Origin: a virus
Direction: 5' to 3' (one strand)
Virus record (IMG/VR): IMGVR_UViG_3300011432_000014
Length of the DNA: 41,644 nucleotides
The translations under genes and the position numbers were made by a program. The notes under the pieces were generated by a model. That model was given only the letters and a program-made list of their open reading frames with translations. It had not been told where the DNA came from and ran no database searches. Shown piece by piece: positions 39,245 through 41,644 of this stretch; the first letter of the stretch is position 1, and each line of letters begins with the position of its first letter.

Positions 39245-39461
39245 TTTTGATTTTTGTGGTTAAATATAGAAATACTTCATAAAGATTTTCTGCTGAATAT
39301 GCGTAACGAGTAGGTAGATGAAGAATTATCTCGTAGCCATCGTACCTGTAGAAGTCGTTCATCTCTAAAAACCGAACAAACCTTCTTTTTCTTCTTGTGG
39401 AAATCGGCAGCTTCAAGTACTTATACTCGAAGTTGCCGTCCTGATTTTGATTGTTTCTCAT
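39204..39461 (-). CDS. Hypothetical protein
   Basis: 85-aa ORF. Confidence 0.5.
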   Translation of the reverse strand: MRNNQNQDGNFEYKYLKLPISTRRKRRFVRFLEMNDFYRYDGYEIILHLPTRYAYSAENLYEVFLYLTTKIKNGSYEFQDNRSRR

Positions 39462-39604
39462 GGTCTACCATTTTTACTTTGATATAAGATAACGATTGCA
39501 TCTATAAATACATTCATCTTTTTTCGTTCTTTAGTCTTATCGAAATCGTCATCTTGCTCGATTTTATCCTTATTTTGTTCGTACATACTGTACCACTTAA
39601 TCAT
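39458..39604 (-). CDS. Small hypothetical protein (48 aa, below the track cutoff)
   Basis: Hand translation MIKWYSMYEQNKDKIEQDDDFDKTKERKKMNVFIDAIVILYQSKNGRP; ATGA overlap with the 39461 start. Confidence 0.4.
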   Translation of the reverse strand: MIKWYSMYEQNKDKIEQDDDFDKTKERKKMNVFIDAIVILYQSKNGRP

Positions 39605-39620
39605 AAGGTCATCTATTACT

Positions 39621-40058
39621 TCAGTAAACATTTTTATAGAGTTTAAAGTTAATAATACGGTTTACATATGCTCGTGTGAGTCTATACTCTTCCGCTAATT
39701 CAGCCTGTTTTTTAATTCCGAGTTCAAAAGATAATCTTATTATCTTAATATCATTATCTGTTAAATTGCCTCTTCGCATCCTTCCCTTTTTAACAGCATC
39801 TTGAATATTATCATCCTGAGTGCCAGAAATCAAATGCTCTGGATTTATACATTTAGGGTTATCACAAGTATGTCTTATTACAATATTACTTGGAATATCT
39901 ACACCTTTATTCTTTTCCATTATAAAAACAAGTCTGTGTAAATATACGAGTTTTTTGTTAAAGATTACTTGTTTATAAGAACTTACAATGTAGTTATGTT
40001 CAAAGCATCCATTCTCTGTAACACTGTATTTTATTCTTTTCTTTCCGTACTCGAACAT
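39621..40058 (-). CDS. HNH homing endonuclease (second copy)
   Basis: VIRHTCDNPKCINPEHLISGTQDDNIQD plus an HTH-like tail ELAEEYRLTRAYVNRII. Confidence 0.8.
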   Translation of the reverse strand: MFEYGKKRIKYSVTENGCFEHNYIVSSYKQVIFNKKLVYLHRLVFIMEKNKGVDIPSNIVIRHTCDNPKCINPEHLISGTQDDNIQDAVKKGRMRRGNLTDNDIKIIRLSFELGIKKQAELAEEYRLTRAYVNRIINFKLYKNVY

Positions 40059-40240
40059 AACTTTTGTTTTTTAAGTGATTCGTTAAAAGCTTTAAACTCA
40101 TTGTCGATTGCGGTCTTTGCCTCTTCGAGTGTATCAAAGAGTCCAATAAAATTTTTAAACTTGCCGCTGCGCTTTTCTATTAAACATCCACTGTACGGAA
40201 TGTAAGATGCGCTCATTACTTGTTCTAAATCTTGCTTCAT
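40031..40240 (-). CDS. Small AP2-like DNA-binding-domain protein (start refined to MKQDLEQ at 40240)
   Basis: KRSGKFKNFIGLFDTLEEAKTAIDNEF resembles the AP2 pattern (GKW.A.I..LG.F.T.EEA..AY); overlaps the HNH gene by 28 nt. Confidence 0.4.
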   Translation of the reverse strand: MKQDLEQVMSASYIPYSGCLIEKRSGKFKNFIGLFDTLEEAKTAIDNEFKAFNESLKKQKLCSSTERKE

Positions 40241-40322
40241 TTTGTTATTTGTTTTGTAAAACAAATATAAATAAGATAAATGAGAGTAAAACATAACAAA
40301 TGTTAAACAAATGTTAATGTTT

Positions 40323-40604
40323 TCACAGCTCAAACTCGAATGGCTTAGGTATATCTCCAGAGATTGTTAGGTCTGGATTAAGACACGCATCAAAATCATT
40401 CTTGAATTTTTCAGCTATTTCCGGCAGGTCGTATCGTTTATACGAGTAATGATTGAGAACAGTTACCCTGCCGCCAACAACGCAGTCAAAACCAGTTTCA
40501 GCTCTTACAGCTACCGCAATCGGACAGTTTTTGCAATAAGACTCACCTGCTCGTATCAATGCGAGTGACTCGTTAATTATTCCTTGTGTTACTTGTATTT
40601 TCAT
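40323..40604 (-). CDS. Small conserved hypothetical protein, paralog of 5914..6201
   Basis: MKIQVTQGIINESL...CPIAVAVRAETGFDC...PKPFEFEL. Confidence 0.75.
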   Translation of the reverse strand: MKIQVTQGIINESLALIRAGESYCKNCPIAVAVRAETGFDCVVGGRVTVLNHYSYKRYDLPEIAEKFKNDFDACLNPDLTISGDIPKPFEFEL

Positions 40605-40605
40605 A

Positions 40606-41133
40606 TTAACTTGCTTTATACATGAACTCTTTCATAAACTGAGGCAGGGGTTGTGAGTTTAGGAACCACTCTTGTAAACCAATCTTGCCTTTGTATTCTA
40701 AAACTTTTGGGTTGTTAGCTTTATACGAGGTTGGAAAATAATTTTTAAACGAGTATGCACCCTTCTTTTGCTCTGGATGCCTTTCCAATATCTTTTTTAT
40801 CACCTCATCCAAAGTCATAAATCGCCTTTCTGTTTTCAGTACTTCGCAAGTTGACTTCATCCAGTAAAACTGCTGACGGTATTTTTTCTTTTGTGGAGAG
40901 GCTGTTATCGTTACTTCTTTTACTCCGATGAGTGCAGCAATCGTTTGCTTATTTTCTTGTATCTGCTTCTCCAACGCTTCAACAGTAGATTTCTGTGCAT
41001 CGTAGTCTTTCTGAAGCTCTCTAAGGATTGGCATACGAGTTGTCAGCTCCTTACCTAATTCTACAATCTCGATTTCCAAAATTGAGATTATCTTTTGCGT
41101 TTGTCTTGTTGACAGATTCTGATTCTTTTGCAT
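40606..41133 (-). CDS. Coiled-coil protein with possible C-terminal winged-helix domain
   Basis: 175 aa; N-terminal heptad-like region; FMTLDEVIKKILERHPEQKKG. Confidence 0.55.
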   Translation of the reverse strand: MQKNQNLSTRQTQKIISILEIEIVELGKELTTRMPILRELQKDYDAQKSTVEALEKQIQENKQTIAALIGVKEVTITASPQKKKYRQQFYWMKSTCEVLKTERRFMTLDEVIKKILERHPEQKKGAYSFKNYFPTSYKANNPKVLEYKGKIGLQEWFLNSQPLPQFMKEFMYKAS

Positions 41134-41143
41134 TGTATGTGTT

Positions 41144-41374
41144 TTAATTTTTTAAGACTTTCCACAAAGAAAAAACGTCCGTTGGTTCTGGCTCAATCTC
41201 CATCTTCTTCATTATGCCTTTGACTACTTCATAGATTTCTCTCATAGGAGCTTCTTTGTTCTTTTGAAATTCTACAAATTCCAGCATTTCGCCTATTTCT
41301 TTATGAAAATCAGCTATAATTTTTCTTATAATAGCGTCTTCGATTAAAGTGAATTTAATTGTCTTTCTGTTCAT
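41144..41374 (-). CDS. Hypothetical protein
   Basis: 76-aa ORF. Confidence 0.55.
   Translation of the reverse strand: MNRKTIKFTLIEDAIIRKIIADFHKEIGEMLEFVEFQKNKEAPMREIYEVVKGIMKKMEIEPEPTDVFSLWKVLKN
41162..41175 (-). promoter_or_regulatory. Weaker copy of the conserved element (GTTTTTTCTTTGTGGAAAG), 28 nt upstream of the 41133 ATG
   Basis: Plus strand CCACAAAGAAAAAAC, inside the 3' end of the upstream ORF. Confidence 0.35.
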
Positions 41375-41567
41375 CGCCTTGTTTTTTAAGTTTAAAGATT
41401 GCTATTGGCTCAAATCCTTCTTTCTTGTGCCAATCGAGCATACCCTGATTACAATAGACATTGTCTATTACTCGTACGCCTGTATGAGTCCAATTGAATA
41501 CAAGAAGCACTACTGATTCAGAAGGTTGAAAACCTCTGTTGTCTACTTTAGTTTCCATTGTTTCCAA
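41355..41567 (-). CDS. Hypothetical protein
   Basis: 70-aa ORF; its 5' end lies in the terminal repeat (41567 = position 46). Confidence 0.55.
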   Translation of the reverse strand: METMETKVDNRGFQPSESVVLLVFNWTHTGVRVIDNVYCNQGMLDWHKKEGFEPIAIFKLKKQGDEQKDN

Positions 41568-41644
41568 ATTTTACTTGTTCATAATATCCTTGCTTTTCTG
41601 CAAGTTCAATAATAGAGTTTGCGATCATGAAAGCGTGAGGGAAA
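41522..41644. repeat. Terminal direct repeat, right copy
   Basis: Identical to bases 1-123. Confidence 0.95.

Noticed and set aside
1439-39263. All plus-strand ORFs in the track (for example 1439..1660, 2971..3297, 5132..5623, 6795..7157, 23194..23457, 26802..27182, 28022..28330, 31000..31311, 34180..34437, 36058..36324, 38701..38979, 38979..39263)
   Set aside because: Each lies antisense inside a longer, functionally coherent minus-strand gene. Their products are low-complexity, S/L/F/C-rich sequences typical of shadow frames. None has its own intergenic space. The only one given a second look is 11349..11564, because of the plus-strand motif copy (see findings).
1-41644. Lysogeny module (integrase, excisionase, CI/Cro pair), diversity-generating retroelement, toxin-antitoxin pairs or defence systems
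   Set aside because: No ORF shows tyrosine- or serine-recombinase, reverse-transcriptase or known toxin motifs by eye. Absence cannot be proven without profile searches.

Overview
This window is a complete tailed-phage genome, not a stretch of bacterial chromosome. Bases 1-123 recur exactly at 41522-41644, giving a unit length of 41,521 bp (circular or permuted assembly, or a true direct terminal repeat). All ~65 credible genes lie on the minus strand and are tightly packed, often with ATGA-type stop/start overlaps. The plus-strand ORFs in the track look like antisense shadows. In minus-strand order:
- 41567->36121: small early genes (two paralogous HTH-like proteins, a very acidic protein, an HNH endonuclease, a VRR-NUC-like nuclease), ending in a small-terminase-like gene.
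- 36120->34514: a 1.6-kb nearly ORF-free, repeat-saturated region.
- 34513->33776: an isolated 245-aa gene with its own promoter and terminator.
- 33552->13387: an HK97-type siphovirus late module (terL, portal, prohead protease, major capsid, connectors, major tail, chaperones, 1113-aa tape measure, 1568-aa and 865-aa distal tail/fibre proteins, spanin-like protein), closed by a terminator near 13.33 kb.
- 13050->12011: a three-gene cassette encoding a signal-peptide beta-barrel protein, with its own terminator.
- 11997->307: a replication/recombination module (annealase-like, exonuclease-like, KTSC-SSB fusion, HNH, DNA methyltransferase, SF2 helicase, VirE-type primase-helicase).
A Bacteroidota host is inferred from TAnnTTTG-type promoter boxes, mostly absent Shine-Dalgarno sequences, the BT4734/VirE primase architecture and low GC. 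I saw no integrase, reverse transcriptase, CRISPR array, rRNA or bona fide tRNA.
The most unusual signals are:
1. The 1.6-kb non-coding block that separates terS from terL. It holds about 34 TTAAC cores, mostly at exact 11-bp phasing, plus nested repeats, hairpin families and a GC-rich pseudoknot-like element. An orphan copy of the late-gene motif points into it.
2. A conserved TTTTTCTTTTTGTGGWAAA element sitting 13-17 nt upstream of late-gene start codons.
3. A tandem array of covarying hairpins at 5.6-5.9 kb.
4. An iteron plus (TA)8 region at 37.15-37.53 kb.
All functional calls rest on motifs recognised by eye. No database search or computation was possible.
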